From Omnitrophica WOR_2 bacterium RIFOXYA2_FULL_38_17 (GTDB lineage: Bacteria > Omnitrophota > Gorgyraeia > Zapsychrales > Zapsychraceae): a stretch of DNA of 64,000 bases. The first letter of the stretch is position 1. Each line of letters starts with the position of its first letter. The stretch spans positions 1,384-65,383 of the forward strand of contig MHHG01000024.1 in NCBI GenBank assembly GCA_001805965.1. The letters run 5' to 3'. Under the pieces are notes generated by a model, which was not told the origin of the DNA, ran no database searches, and worked only from the letters and a program-made list of their open reading frames with translations. Positions 17,102 through 26,500 of the stretch are shown here, one piece after another. The translations under genes and the position numbers were made by a program.

Positions 17102-19360
17102 ATGCAAAATTCAGATAAAGATAATATAAAGCTGATATGCGATATCAGTGAGCTTAGCAATCTTTTCACAGATTCCAACAGTTTAGAGAATTTTTTATCT
17201 AAAACTGTTGAGATGGTTGCCAGCCATATGAAAGCGGATGTTTGCTCGATCTACCTTTACTCCGATGGGACGCAGGAGTTGATTTTAAAAGCGACAATGG
17301 GATTAAATCAAGGTCTTATCGGGAATGTTAAGATGAATGTTGATGAAGGCTTAACTGGATTAGCTCTAAAAGAGCTTCGGCCGATTTGTGAGAGAAATGC
17401 GAGCAGGAACCCTAATTTTAAATATTTTCCTGATCTAGGTGAAGAAATCTATGAGTCTTTTCTTGCTGTGCCTATATTGCGGGGAACAAATAAAGTAGGA
17501 GTTATGGTAATTCAAAACTCTGAAAAGAATTATTTTAAAGAAGGAGATGTAACTGTTTTACAAGCAATTACTTCTCAGCTTGCAAATACAATAGAGATGG
17601 CAAGGTTTTTACTGTCTCTTGATGAAGATAGACAGCAAAAGAAAGTAATTAAAGAGGAAGGTGACCTGAAATTTGTTAAGGGAAGAGTTGGCTCGCCGGG
17701 CTTTGTTTTTGCTGAAGCAGTTGTTCTTTTAGAGAGTAATTCTTTATGGCTCAATCAAGCAGTAGTTCAAGAGCACACCGTAGATGATTTCTATAAGGCA
17801 TTAAAAGATTCGGAACATCAGCTGGAAGATATGCAGACGCAGATAGAAGAAACATTAGCTGATATTGCTTCGTTCATATTTAACGCTCAAATATTGATGC
17901 TGAAAGATTCTATATTTGTTAACGCTATGGTTGATAAAATTAAAAAAGGCATAAAACCTCATGCTGCAATAATCGAGGTTGCTGGTAATTATTTGAAGAA
18001 ATTTGACAATATTGCAGATGAATATCTGAAAGACAGAAGCCAGGATGTTAAAGATATATGTAGAAGGATTTTAAGTAATCTTATCGGGTTTGATGTTAAT
18101 GCCACAAATTGTGAAGGCCGTATTTTAATTGCTAAGGAACTCTCTGCGGGCGATGTTTTAAAATATTCTTCAGAGAAAGTAAAGGGCATAATCCTTTTAA
18201 GCGGAGGGGTCACTTCGCATGTTTGCATTCTTGCAAGTTCGTTGCAGTTGCCGGTTATAATAGCTGATGAGCCCCGACTGATGTCTATAAGGAACAATAC
18301 TAGAGTTTTGATGGATGCTGAAATTGGGAATTTATATATCAATCCGACAGATGATATTATTGAATCGTTTAGAGAAAAGCAGAAGCTATTGAAAACAAGC
18401 GCTGAAATTAGTAGCGAATTAAAAGAAAAGACTTTTACCGCAGATGGCTCCCAAGTCCATTTGTTGGCAAACATTAATTTATTAGGAGACCTGAAAATAG
18501 CAAAACACTATAAAGCGGAAGGTGTCGGGCTCTACAGGACAGAGTTTCCGTTTATAGTTAGAAAAGATTTTCCTTCGGAGGAAGAGCAGTTAGTTGTCTA
18601 TAAGAAATTATTCGAAGGTATGCCTGGCAAGGAGATGACGATACGCACTCTTGATATAGGAGGAGACAAGGTCTTATCATATTTTCAAGAACATTCACGC
18701 GAGAAAAATCCATTTATGGGCATGAGGTCAGTAAGGTTCTCTTTAAGGCATAAAGATATTTTTGCTCAACAAATAAGGGCTATCTTGAGAGCAAGCGTAG
18801 GTGCTGATGTTAAAATAATGTTCCCTATGATATCTTCTGTAGATGAGTTTGTAGAGGCAAAGCAATTGGTGTTGAATTGTGTTAGTGAGCTTAGAAGTTC
18901 TGGTGCAGAATTTCAGGTAAATCCAACGATAGGCATGATGATAGAAATGCCTTCAGTAATGGAAATTTTAGAAGAACTGGCAAATTATTCTGATTTTTTC
19001 AGCATAGGTACAAATGATTTTGTTCAATATATGCTTGCAGTAGACAGGACAAATGAAAGGGTTGCAGATATGTATTTATCGCACCACCCATCCATTTTGC
19101 GTGCAATTAAAAAAGTAGTGGATGTGTCTGCTAAGTATGGTAAAGAGGTCTCTGTTTGTGGTGAGATGGCACATGAAGAAAAATATATAAGATATTTACT
19201 GGGTATTGGAGTCAGAAGATTTAGCTTGAGCCCTTCCTATATACCGAAAATACAAAGAGCTATCATGAATGTTCAAATAAAAGATGCAGAAGCGTTTGCC
19301 AAAGAAATTCTTTCAATGGATAAATTGACAGACATATCAAAAAAAATTGGAATAAGTTAG
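17102..19360 (+). CDS. ptsP: PEP-protein phosphotransferase with N-terminal GAF domain (enzyme I-Ntr)
   Basis: N-terminal GAF (ADVCSIYL...EGLTG...FLAVPIL), GGVTSH phospho-His, GLYRTEF, RTLDIGGDK, SIGTNDFVQY, VCGEMA. Confidence 0.93.
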   Translation: MQNSDKDNIKLICDISELSNLFTDSNSLENFLSKTVEMVASHMKADVCSIYLYSDGTQELILKATMGLNQGLIGNVKMNVDEGLTGLALKELRPICERNASRNPNFKYFPDLGEEIYESFLAVPILRGTNKVGVMVIQNSEKNYFKEGDVTVLQAITSQLANTIEMARFLLSLDEDRQQKKVIKEEGDLKFVKGRVGSPGFVFAEAVVLLESNSLWLNQAVVQEHTVDDFYKALKDSEHQLEDMQTQIEETLADIASFIFNAQILMLKDSIFVNAMVDKIKKGIKPHAAIIEVAGNYLKKFDNIADEYLKDRSQDVKDICRRILSNLIGFDVNATNCEGRILIAKELSAGDVLKYSSEKVKGIILLSGGVTSHVCILASSLQLPVIIADEPRLMSIRNNTRVLMDAEIGNLYINPTDDIIESFREKQKLLKTSAEISSELKEKTFTADGSQVHLLANINLLGDLKIAKHYKAEGVGLYRTEFPFIVRKDFPSEEEQLVVYKKLFEGMPGKEMTIRTLDIGGDKVLSYFQEHSREKNPFMGMRSVRFSLRHKDIFAQQIRAILRASVGADVKIMFPMISSVDEFVEAKQLVLNCVSELRSSGAEFQVNPTIGMMIEMPSVMEILEELANYSDFFSIGTNDFVQYMLAVDRTNERVADMYLSHHPSILRAIKKVVDVSAKYGKEVSVCGEMAHEEKYIRYLLGIGVRRFSLSPSYIPKIQRAIMNVQIKDAEAFAKEILSMDKLTDISKKIGIS

Positions 19361-19389
19361 GAAATTGTTTATTCAAAATAATTATGTTC

Positions 19390-19418
19390 TTGCTCCGAAT
19401 AGCTTTTACCTTTATAAT
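19390..19418 (+). promoter_or_regulatory. Possible sigma70 promoter of nadE
   Basis: TTGCTC, 17 bp spacer, TATAAT. Confidence 0.55.
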
Positions 19419-19453
19419 CCTTTAAAAGAAGTTAGTTGTGAACTGGAAAACAT

Positions 19454-21103
19454 ATGTTAAGAATCGCTATAGCACAAATTAATCCTACGGTTGGCGACCT
19501 GAGAGGTAACCAGCTGCTGATCTTGGATTACATTATTAGGGCAAAAGAAAAAAATGCTGACCTGGTTGTTTTTCCCGAACTAGCGATTTGCGGGTACCCT
19601 CCGGAAGACCTTCTGTATAAAAATCATTTTATTCAAGATAATATTAAATCGCTTAAAAAAATTGCCTCTAATGTTAAAGGTATTTCTGCGGTCATCGGAT
19701 TTGTTGATTGCATAGAGAGCGGTGTTCTGCATAATGCGGCCGCTTTTATTAGCGAGGGGAAGGTCAAGAGCGTTTATCATAAGCAGAAGCTTCCAAATTA
19801 CGGGGTTTTCGATGAGAAAAGATATTTTAAATCGTCTTGGCTTAAGGGTAAGCTTTGTGGAATGCTTAAAATAAAAGGGGTTTCTGCCGGCCTTAGTATT
19901 TGTGAAGATATCTGGATCGAAGATAGCGTCTGTATACAGCAAGCAAAAGCTGGAGCAAAATTGTTAATAAATATCTCAAGTTCTCCATACGACATGGGAA
20001 AGGTGAAAATAAGAGAAGCAATGCTTAAAGAAAGAGCCAAGCAGACTAATGCGTATGTTTGTTATGTGAATGTTGTTGGCGGGCAGGATGAACTGGTTTT
20101 TGATGGAAGAAGCATGATAGTTGACCCTAAAGGTGTGATAGTGGCAAAAGGAAAACATTTTGAAGATGACCTCGTTTTTTGTGATTTACCCTTGGGAGAG
20201 AGAACGGCTAAAGATTATAAAAAAGTCCAGATAAAAAATGTATTGCCAAAGAAAACCACGAAAATTGAGAGGGTTTATAAAGCGCTTGTTCTTGGCACAC
20301 AAGATTATATAAGGAAAAACGGTTTTAAGAAAGTTGTTATAGGATTGAGCGGAGGAATAGATTCTGCGCTTGTGGCGGCGATCGCTGTTAAAGCAGTCGG
20401 TAATGACAATGTAACATGTGTTACTATGCCATCGAGATATACATCAAAAGGCACCAGGGCTGATGCAGAAAGACTGGCAAACAACCTGAAAGTTAGCCTT
20501 ATTACAATTCCAATAGAAGATATTTTTGCTTCATATATAAAAACGCTGTCCGGAGAATTTAAGGGGACACAAGTCAATGTTGCTGAAGAAAATATTCAAG
20601 CCAGGATAAGAGGGAACCTTTTGATGGCTCTCTCCAATAAGTTTGGATGGCTTGTTTTGACGACAGGAAACAAAAGTGAAGTGGCTGTTGGTTATTGTAC
20701 CCTCTATGGAGATATGTCAGGAGGCTTTGCTGTTATTAAAGATGTCCCGAAAACAATGGTTTATGAATTATCAGCATATATTAATAATACATGTGATCAA
20801 GTGATTCCAAAAACCATTATAAGAAGAGCACCTTCTGCAGAGCTAAGGTCAAATCAAAAAGACCAGGATTCTTTGCCGCCGTACAATGTTCTTGATCCTA
20901 TCCTTGAGCAGTATGTCGAGAAGCACGATTCAGTAGAAACAATGTCAAAGAAAAACAAAAAGGAACTCGTTGAGAAGATAATTGACCTCGTTGACCATAG
21001 CGAGTATAAGCGCAGGCAGGCGCCACCAGGCATAAAGATCACTGCAAGGGCTTTCGGAAAAGACTGGAGGCTCCCTATCACCAATAAGTACAAGGAGTTT
21101 TGA
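19454..21103 (+). CDS. nadE: Glutamine-dependent NAD+ synthetase
   Basis: Nitrilase domain (FPEL, KQKLPNYGVFDEKRYF, ICEDIW) plus synthetase domain (GLSGGIDS, ENIQARIRG, TGNKSE). Confidence 0.96.
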   Translation: MLRIAIAQINPTVGDLRGNQLLILDYIIRAKEKNADLVVFPELAICGYPPEDLLYKNHFIQDNIKSLKKIASNVKGISAVIGFVDCIESGVLHNAAAFISEGKVKSVYHKQKLPNYGVFDEKRYFKSSWLKGKLCGMLKIKGVSAGLSICEDIWIEDSVCIQQAKAGAKLLINISSSPYDMGKVKIREAMLKERAKQTNAYVCYVNVVGGQDELVFDGRSMIVDPKGVIVAKGKHFEDDLVFCDLPLGERTAKDYKKVQIKNVLPKKTTKIERVYKALVLGTQDYIRKNGFKKVVIGLSGGIDSALVAAIAVKAVGNDNVTCVTMPSRYTSKGTRADAERLANNLKVSLITIPIEDIFASYIKTLSGEFKGTQVNVAEENIQARIRGNLLMALSNKFGWLVLTTGNKSEVAVGYCTLYGDMSGGFAVIKDVPKTMVYELSAYINNTCDQVIPKTIIRRAPSAELRSNQKDQDSLPPYNVLDPILEQYVEKHDSVETMSKKNKKELVEKIIDLVDHSEYKRRQAPPGIKITARAFGKDWRLPITNKYKEF

Positions 21104-21131
21104 TTCTGCGTTAATTCACAATAAATAATAT

Positions 21132-21160
21132 TTGACAATAAAAGTCCCTAAGAGTATATT
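21132..21160 (+). promoter_or_regulatory. Sigma70-type promoter of the FMN glutamate-synthase-family gene
   Basis: TTGACA (21132-21137), 17 bp spacer, TATATT (21155-21160). Confidence 0.75.
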
Positions 21161-21171
21161 AACTTTACTCT

Positions 21172-21303
21172 AGGCAATGGCGTCTTGGGTAGATCTCGTT
21201 GTAGAGATTCTTGCAGGGAAGTCTGTCCTCAAAGAACCAGGAGGTTTTTTGGGGATATTTTTTTTGTTGTTTTTTATTGCACCGAATTATCAATGGCGAT
21301 AAT
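21172..21303 (+). promoter_or_regulatory. Leader with ANTAR-like hairpins and an intrinsic terminator
   Basis: AGGC-AATGGC-GTCT (21172-21185), ATCTC-GTTGTA-GAGAT (21193-21208), 15-bp terminator 21224-21257 plus T8, and ATTATC-AATGGC-GATAAT (21286-21303). Overlap with the terminator is less clear than in the other leaders. Confidence 0.65.
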
Positions 21304-21369
21304 AACTCTGGTTTGATTGGGTTTTTATATTTTGGATAAGTAACCTAACAATAGAAAAGGAGAAGGGCA

Positions 21370-23010
21370 ATGAGTCAATGGCAAAAAACAAATGATGCAC
21401 TTGGTACAGTCAATCGTGGCAATCCTTGTGAATCCGGATTGTGTACGCTTTGTCGTGCAGATTGTCAAGGAAAATGCGAAACATGGCTGTCCAGCATGAA
21501 GGGCAGAAAGATGCTTTATCCAAGGGATTTCGGATGGGTAACAGCAGGCAGCGCAAATACGGAGCACATTGGAGTTTCCTACAATAATTTACGTGTCCAA
21601 GGATATGTCTTCGGAGCAAACAACCTTCCAAATGGAATCACTAACAGCGCGGATGATTGTGTTTTTCCAAATGTTTCTACTGAAACAGAATTCGGTGGCA
21701 AAATCAAAACTAAATGCAGATTGCCTATAATGACGGGTGCTTTAGGCTCTACTTTTATTGCTGCACGATATTGGGATTCTTTCTCGATAGGAGCTGCTTT
21801 GAGCGGTTTTCCTATTGTTGTTGGGGAAAATGTTGTTGGAGTTGATAAAAAAGCTGTCATTGAGAACGGAAGAATTAAAAAAGCTCCTGAATTAGACAGA
21901 AGAGTTGACACCTTTTTACGTTATTATGATGGTTATGGCGCGATCATTGTTCAGATGAACGTTGAAGATACACGTAATGGGGTTGCTGAATATATTATTG
22001 AAAAATATGGCGACAAAGTTATTCTTGAGCTTAAATGGGGTCAAGGTGCTAAAGTTATCGGTGGAGAGATACAGGTTGACTCGCTTGAGTATGCCAAATT
22101 TTTGAAAGACAGAGGATATGTAGTTGATCCTGATCCGACATTACCTGAAGTTGCTGCTGCTTTTAAAGCAGGTTCTATCACTTCAATAGCCCGTCATAGC
22201 AGGTTAGGATATACAAACAGGAATTCCATAGATGAAGTCAAGAAAGATTTTATGGGTGCTGTTGTGTATCTTCGCAGTTTAGGATACAAGAGAATATCGT
22301 TAAAGACCGGTTCTTATGGCATGGAAGCTCTTGCTATGTCGATCAAATATGCAAGTGAAGCCAAACTGGACCTTCTTACTATTGACGGTTCTGGTGGTGG
22401 AACAGGTATGAGCCCTTGGGGAATGATGGAAAGCTGGGGAGTTCCTTCTATTCATCTTCATGCAAAGGCCTATGAGTATGCAAAACTTCTTGCAGACCAA
22501 GGCAAGAAAGTGGTTGATATGTCTTTTGCTGGCGGCTTGGCAAAAGAAGACCAGATATTTAAAGCTCTTGCTTTAGGCGCTCCTTATACAAAACTTGTTT
22601 GTATGGGAAGGCCGCTAATGATCCCTGGATATCTTGGTGCCAATATTGAAGGTGCTTTGGACCCTAAGAAGAGAAAAGAGATCAACGGTAATTGGGATAA
22701 ATTGCCAAAGACCGTAACTGATATAGGCAGTACGCCTGAGGAGATCTTTGCTTGCTATAGTGCAGTTGAGAAGAAGGTGGGCAAGAAAGAAATGAAGGAC
22801 ATCCCTCTTGGCGCGGTTGCTGTATATACTCTCGGTGATAAATTGGGAGCTGGATTACAGCAATTAATGGCAGGTACTAGAAAATTCTCACCTGTGGGTA
22901 TTTCAAGAAAAGAGATCTTTTCTGGGAACAGAGAGACCGAAAAAGAAACAGGAATACCTTTTATGACAGATGTTGGAGATGATATCGCAAAACAAATAAT
23001 CAAAGCTTAA
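21370..23010 (+). CDS. Stand-alone FMN-binding glutamate synthase family protein
   Basis: ELKWGQGAK.IGGE, LTIDGSGGGTGMSP, AGGL...KALALGA (GOGAT FMN barrel); N-terminal CESGLCTLCRADCQGKC; no amidotransferase domain. Confidence 0.85.
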   Translation: MSQWQKTNDALGTVNRGNPCESGLCTLCRADCQGKCETWLSSMKGRKMLYPRDFGWVTAGSANTEHIGVSYNNLRVQGYVFGANNLPNGITNSADDCVFPNVSTETEFGGKIKTKCRLPIMTGALGSTFIAARYWDSFSIGAALSGFPIVVGENVVGVDKKAVIENGRIKKAPELDRRVDTFLRYYDGYGAIIVQMNVEDTRNGVAEYIIEKYGDKVILELKWGQGAKVIGGEIQVDSLEYAKFLKDRGYVVDPDPTLPEVAAAFKAGSITSIARHSRLGYTNRNSIDEVKKDFMGAVVYLRSLGYKRISLKTGSYGMEALAMSIKYASEAKLDLLTIDGSGGGTGMSPWGMMESWGVPSIHLHAKAYEYAKLLADQGKKVVDMSFAGGLAKEDQIFKALALGAPYTKLVCMGRPLMIPGYLGANIEGALDPKKRKEINGNWDKLPKTVTDIGSTPEEIFACYSAVEKKVGKKEMKDIPLGAVAVYTLGDKLGAGLQQLMAGTRKFSPVGISRKEIFSGNRETEKETGIPFMTDVGDDIAKQIIKA

Positions 23011-23035
23011 GAATATAATCTTTTTAAGCATTGTT

Positions 23036-23074
23036 AAAAAATAGCCCCGTTTTTACAAGCGGGGCTATTTTTTT
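23036..23074 (+). terminator. Intrinsic (bidirectional-type) terminator
   Basis: AAAAAATAGCCCCG...CGGGGCTATTTTTT. Confidence 0.85.
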
Positions 23075-23168
23075 ATTAAAAACTTTTTTTGGATCAATAT
23101 GGTTTTGTGTTGTTAAATATAATGTTATTAAAAGTTGTTCAGTAATATAGAAACAAAATAAAATATGT

Positions 23169-23393
23169 ATGAGCAAAATCACATTTATCAGGCTGCCCGT
23201 ATTTAATAAGAAAGATGAAAGGGCATTATTTGCTACTCCTCCAATAGCCTTGGCATATCTTGCTGCAATGATCAATAAGAATAATCATGAATGTCTGGTT
23301 ATCTATGTTATTGATTTTGCGCTAGAGGAAAGAATTTTAGCTGAAGATGGATTGTTCTGCTTATGTGGATTGACCAATAGCAACGATTTTTGA
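23169..23393 (+). pseudogene. Probable remnant of a B12-binding radical SAM protein N-terminus
   Basis: ITFIRLP...PPIALAYLAAMI...HECLVI matches the typical PPLGLAYLAA start of the cobalamin-binding domain, but the ORF stops at 74 aa. Confidence 0.5.
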
Positions 23394-23533
23394 CACATAT
23401 TTGTTTTTTATTTGCTTTTTTACAATAAATGAGTAAAATAAGAGCCTTCAAAAGGGAAATATATTATTTTGAATCATAATACTATTATATATTGTTTTAT
23501 ATATTTAGTTTACCATTAGAATAACATAAGAAT

Positions 23534-26500
23534 ATGGAAAATCATTTTTATCCAAAAAAACAAGGCCTTTATGATCCTGCCTTTGAGCATGATAGCTGTG
23601 GCGTTGGTTTTGTTGCCCACTTAAAAGGGAAAAAATCCCATAAAATCATTTGTGATGGCATTCAGATCTTGGAGAATTTGACTCACCGAGGGGCTACGGG
23701 TAGCGACCCTTTAACTGGTGATGGTGCAGGTATCTTGATTCAAATGCCGGATGCTTTTTTACGCAAAGAATGCACAAAGATCAATATTAATTTACCTCCG
23801 GAAGGTGATTATGCCATAGGAAATGTTTTTCTTCCGCACATTTTGTTCCCTAGAAATACAGTAAAAAAATGGTTTTCCCAGGTTGTCAAGGAAGAAGGCC
23901 AGGAGTTCTTAGGGTGGAGAGATGTTCCTTGTGATAACAAGCAGATAGGACGTGTTGCCGCTTCCGCTGAGCCTACGATAAGACAAGTAATAATTGGAAG
24001 GGGAAAGGGTACTTCCCGCGAAGCTTTTGACAGGAAGCTTTATGTCATTCGCAAGATATTGCATAACAAGGTTTGGGGGTCCAGCTTGTCTCAAAGAAGC
24101 TATTGCTATTGTTGCAGCCTTTCCAGCAAAACCCTTCTTTATAAAGGCCAGCTAATGTCGGAACAAGTTGCGCTTTATTACAAGGATTTGGCCGACACGG
24201 AGATGGTGTCAGCGCTTGCAATGGTACACTCCCGTTATAGTACAAATACTTTTCCCTCTTGGGCGCTTGCACAACCCTTTAGGATGATATGTCATAATGG
24301 GGAAATCAATACATTAAGAAGCAATTTTAATTGGATGAGAGCGCGTGAGCATAAATTGATTTCAAATGTTTTCGGGGAAGATATCAAAAAAATATTCCCT
24401 ATTTCTGAAGAAGGCGCAAGTGATTCTGCGGTTTTTGACAACACCTTTGAATTGATGGTCTTGGCGGGCAGGCCAATGCCCCATGTTATTATGATGATGA
24501 TCCCTGAAGCCTGGAGTGGGCATGAGAGTATGCCAGAACAAAAGAAAGCTTTTTATGAATATAATTCTTGTTTAATGGAGCCGTGGGATGGTCCGGCTTC
24601 AATAGCTTTTACTGACGGAAAAAGTATCGGGGCTGTTTTGGATAGAAATGGTTTAAGGCCATCAAGGTATCTTGTTACTAAGGATGATTATGTGGTTATG
24701 GCATCCGAGACAGGTGTTTTAGACATTGCTCCTGAAAATGTGATATTAAAAGGACGATTGCAGCCAGGCAAGGTTTTTTTGGTTGATACAGAGGCCGGCC
24801 GTATTATTGATGATACAGAGCTTAAAAATGAATATATATCAAAAAAACCGTATGCCAAGTGGTTAAAAGAAAATGTTGTTAATTTAGATGACCTGCCACA
24901 ACCGGAAAAAAAAGCTAGCATGGATGATAAAGAATTGTTTGTGAAACAAAAGGCATTTGGATATACGACAGAATTCTTAAAAATGCTGTTCACGCCAATG
25001 GTTGTTGAGGGGAAAGAAGCTATTGGGTCAATGGGTTGTGATACTCCTCTGGCAGTGCTATCAGACAAACCGCAGTTGCTGTACAATTATTTCAAACAGT
25101 TGTTTGCCCAGGTCACGAATCCACCGGTAGATCCTATTCGCGAAGAAGTTATTATGGCTGAAGATGTGATGCTTGGAGCTGAAGGCAACCTGCTTGATGA
25201 AACGCCTCAACAATGCCGAAGATTAAGATTAAAACGTCCGATTATTACTAATAGCGAACTTCTAAAGATATGCAATCTTAATCAGGAAGGATTAAAATCT
25301 GTAACTATTGATGCAATCTTTAAACTTTCAGATTCTTCAGATGGCATTGAAATAGCTATGGAAGAGGTCTTTAAGAAAGCAGATGCTGCTATTGTAGAAG
25401 GTTGCACTATTCTTGTCCTGACTGACAGAGGAATTGATAAAGATAATTTAGCTATCCCGTCATTGCTTGCTTGTGCAGGTCTGCACCATCATCTTATTCG
25501 GGCAGGATTAAGGACAAATGTAAGTATTGTTATTGAGACGGGAGAAGCCCGCTCTATGCATCACTATGCATTGTTGATAGGTTATGGCGCAAATGCAATT
25601 AATCCGTATCTAGTATATGAAACTGTCAAGAGCCAGATTAACCAAGGCATTTTGCCTGACAATTTGGTCTATGGCAAGGTTATTGAGAATTACTTAAAGT
25701 CTACAAGACAAGGTTTGCTTAAAATAATTTCCAAGATGGGTATATCAACAATACAATCTTATTGTGGTGCCCAGATCTTTGAAGCTGTTGGATTGAATAG
25801 AGATATTATTGGCAAATATTTTACAGCAACACCTTCAAGGATCGGTGGTATTGGTGTCAAGGAGTTAACCAAAGAGACAATTATGCGGCACATGGATGGC
25901 TATCCTCAAGAGAACAGTTTAAGTGATCAGCTCGATGTCGGAGGATATTATCGCTGGAGGAAACAGGGGGAACATCATCAGCTAAATCCTGAAACAATAT
26001 CAACGTTACAGCATGCTGTAAGGACTGGCAATTATGAACTATATAAGAAGTTTGCAAGATTGTGCAATGATAAAGAAACGAATTTATCTGCCATAAGAGG
26101 ATTGGTTCAGTTTAAGAAAAGAAGATCTGTTCCTATTGAAGAAGTTGAACCTGTATCAGAGATCGTAAAAAGGTTTGCTACCGGGGCAATGAGTTTTGGG
26201 TCGATCTCAAGGGAAGCCCATGAAACATTGGCTATTGCCATGAATCAGTTGGGGGGATTTTCTAACACTGGCGAGGGAGGGGAAAAGACTGAAAGATTTA
26301 AGGACCAGAGAAGAAGCAAGGTAAAGCAGGTTGCCCAGGGTCGGTTCGGTGTTACTATTGAATATTTGACCAATGCGGATCAGCTGCAGATAAAAATGGC
26401 CCAAGGGGCAAAGCCCGGAGAGGGAGGACATCTTCCGGGGCACAAAGTAAGTCAAGAGATAGCTGACACTCGTCATACTACTCCTGGGGTCGGCTTGATA

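Noticed and set aside
21366-21376. GGC-AATGA-GTC hairpin over the start codon of the FMN-GOGAT gene
   Set aside because: Five-nt loop and 3-bp stem; does not fit the hexaloop consensus.
6510-23533. Sigma54 (-24/-12) promoters or glnA-type glutamine riboswitch in nitrogen-gene leaders
   Set aside because: No TGGCAC-N5-TTGC seen by eye; leaders have sigma70 boxes and are explained by ANTAR hairpins. A formal Rfam scan was not possible.
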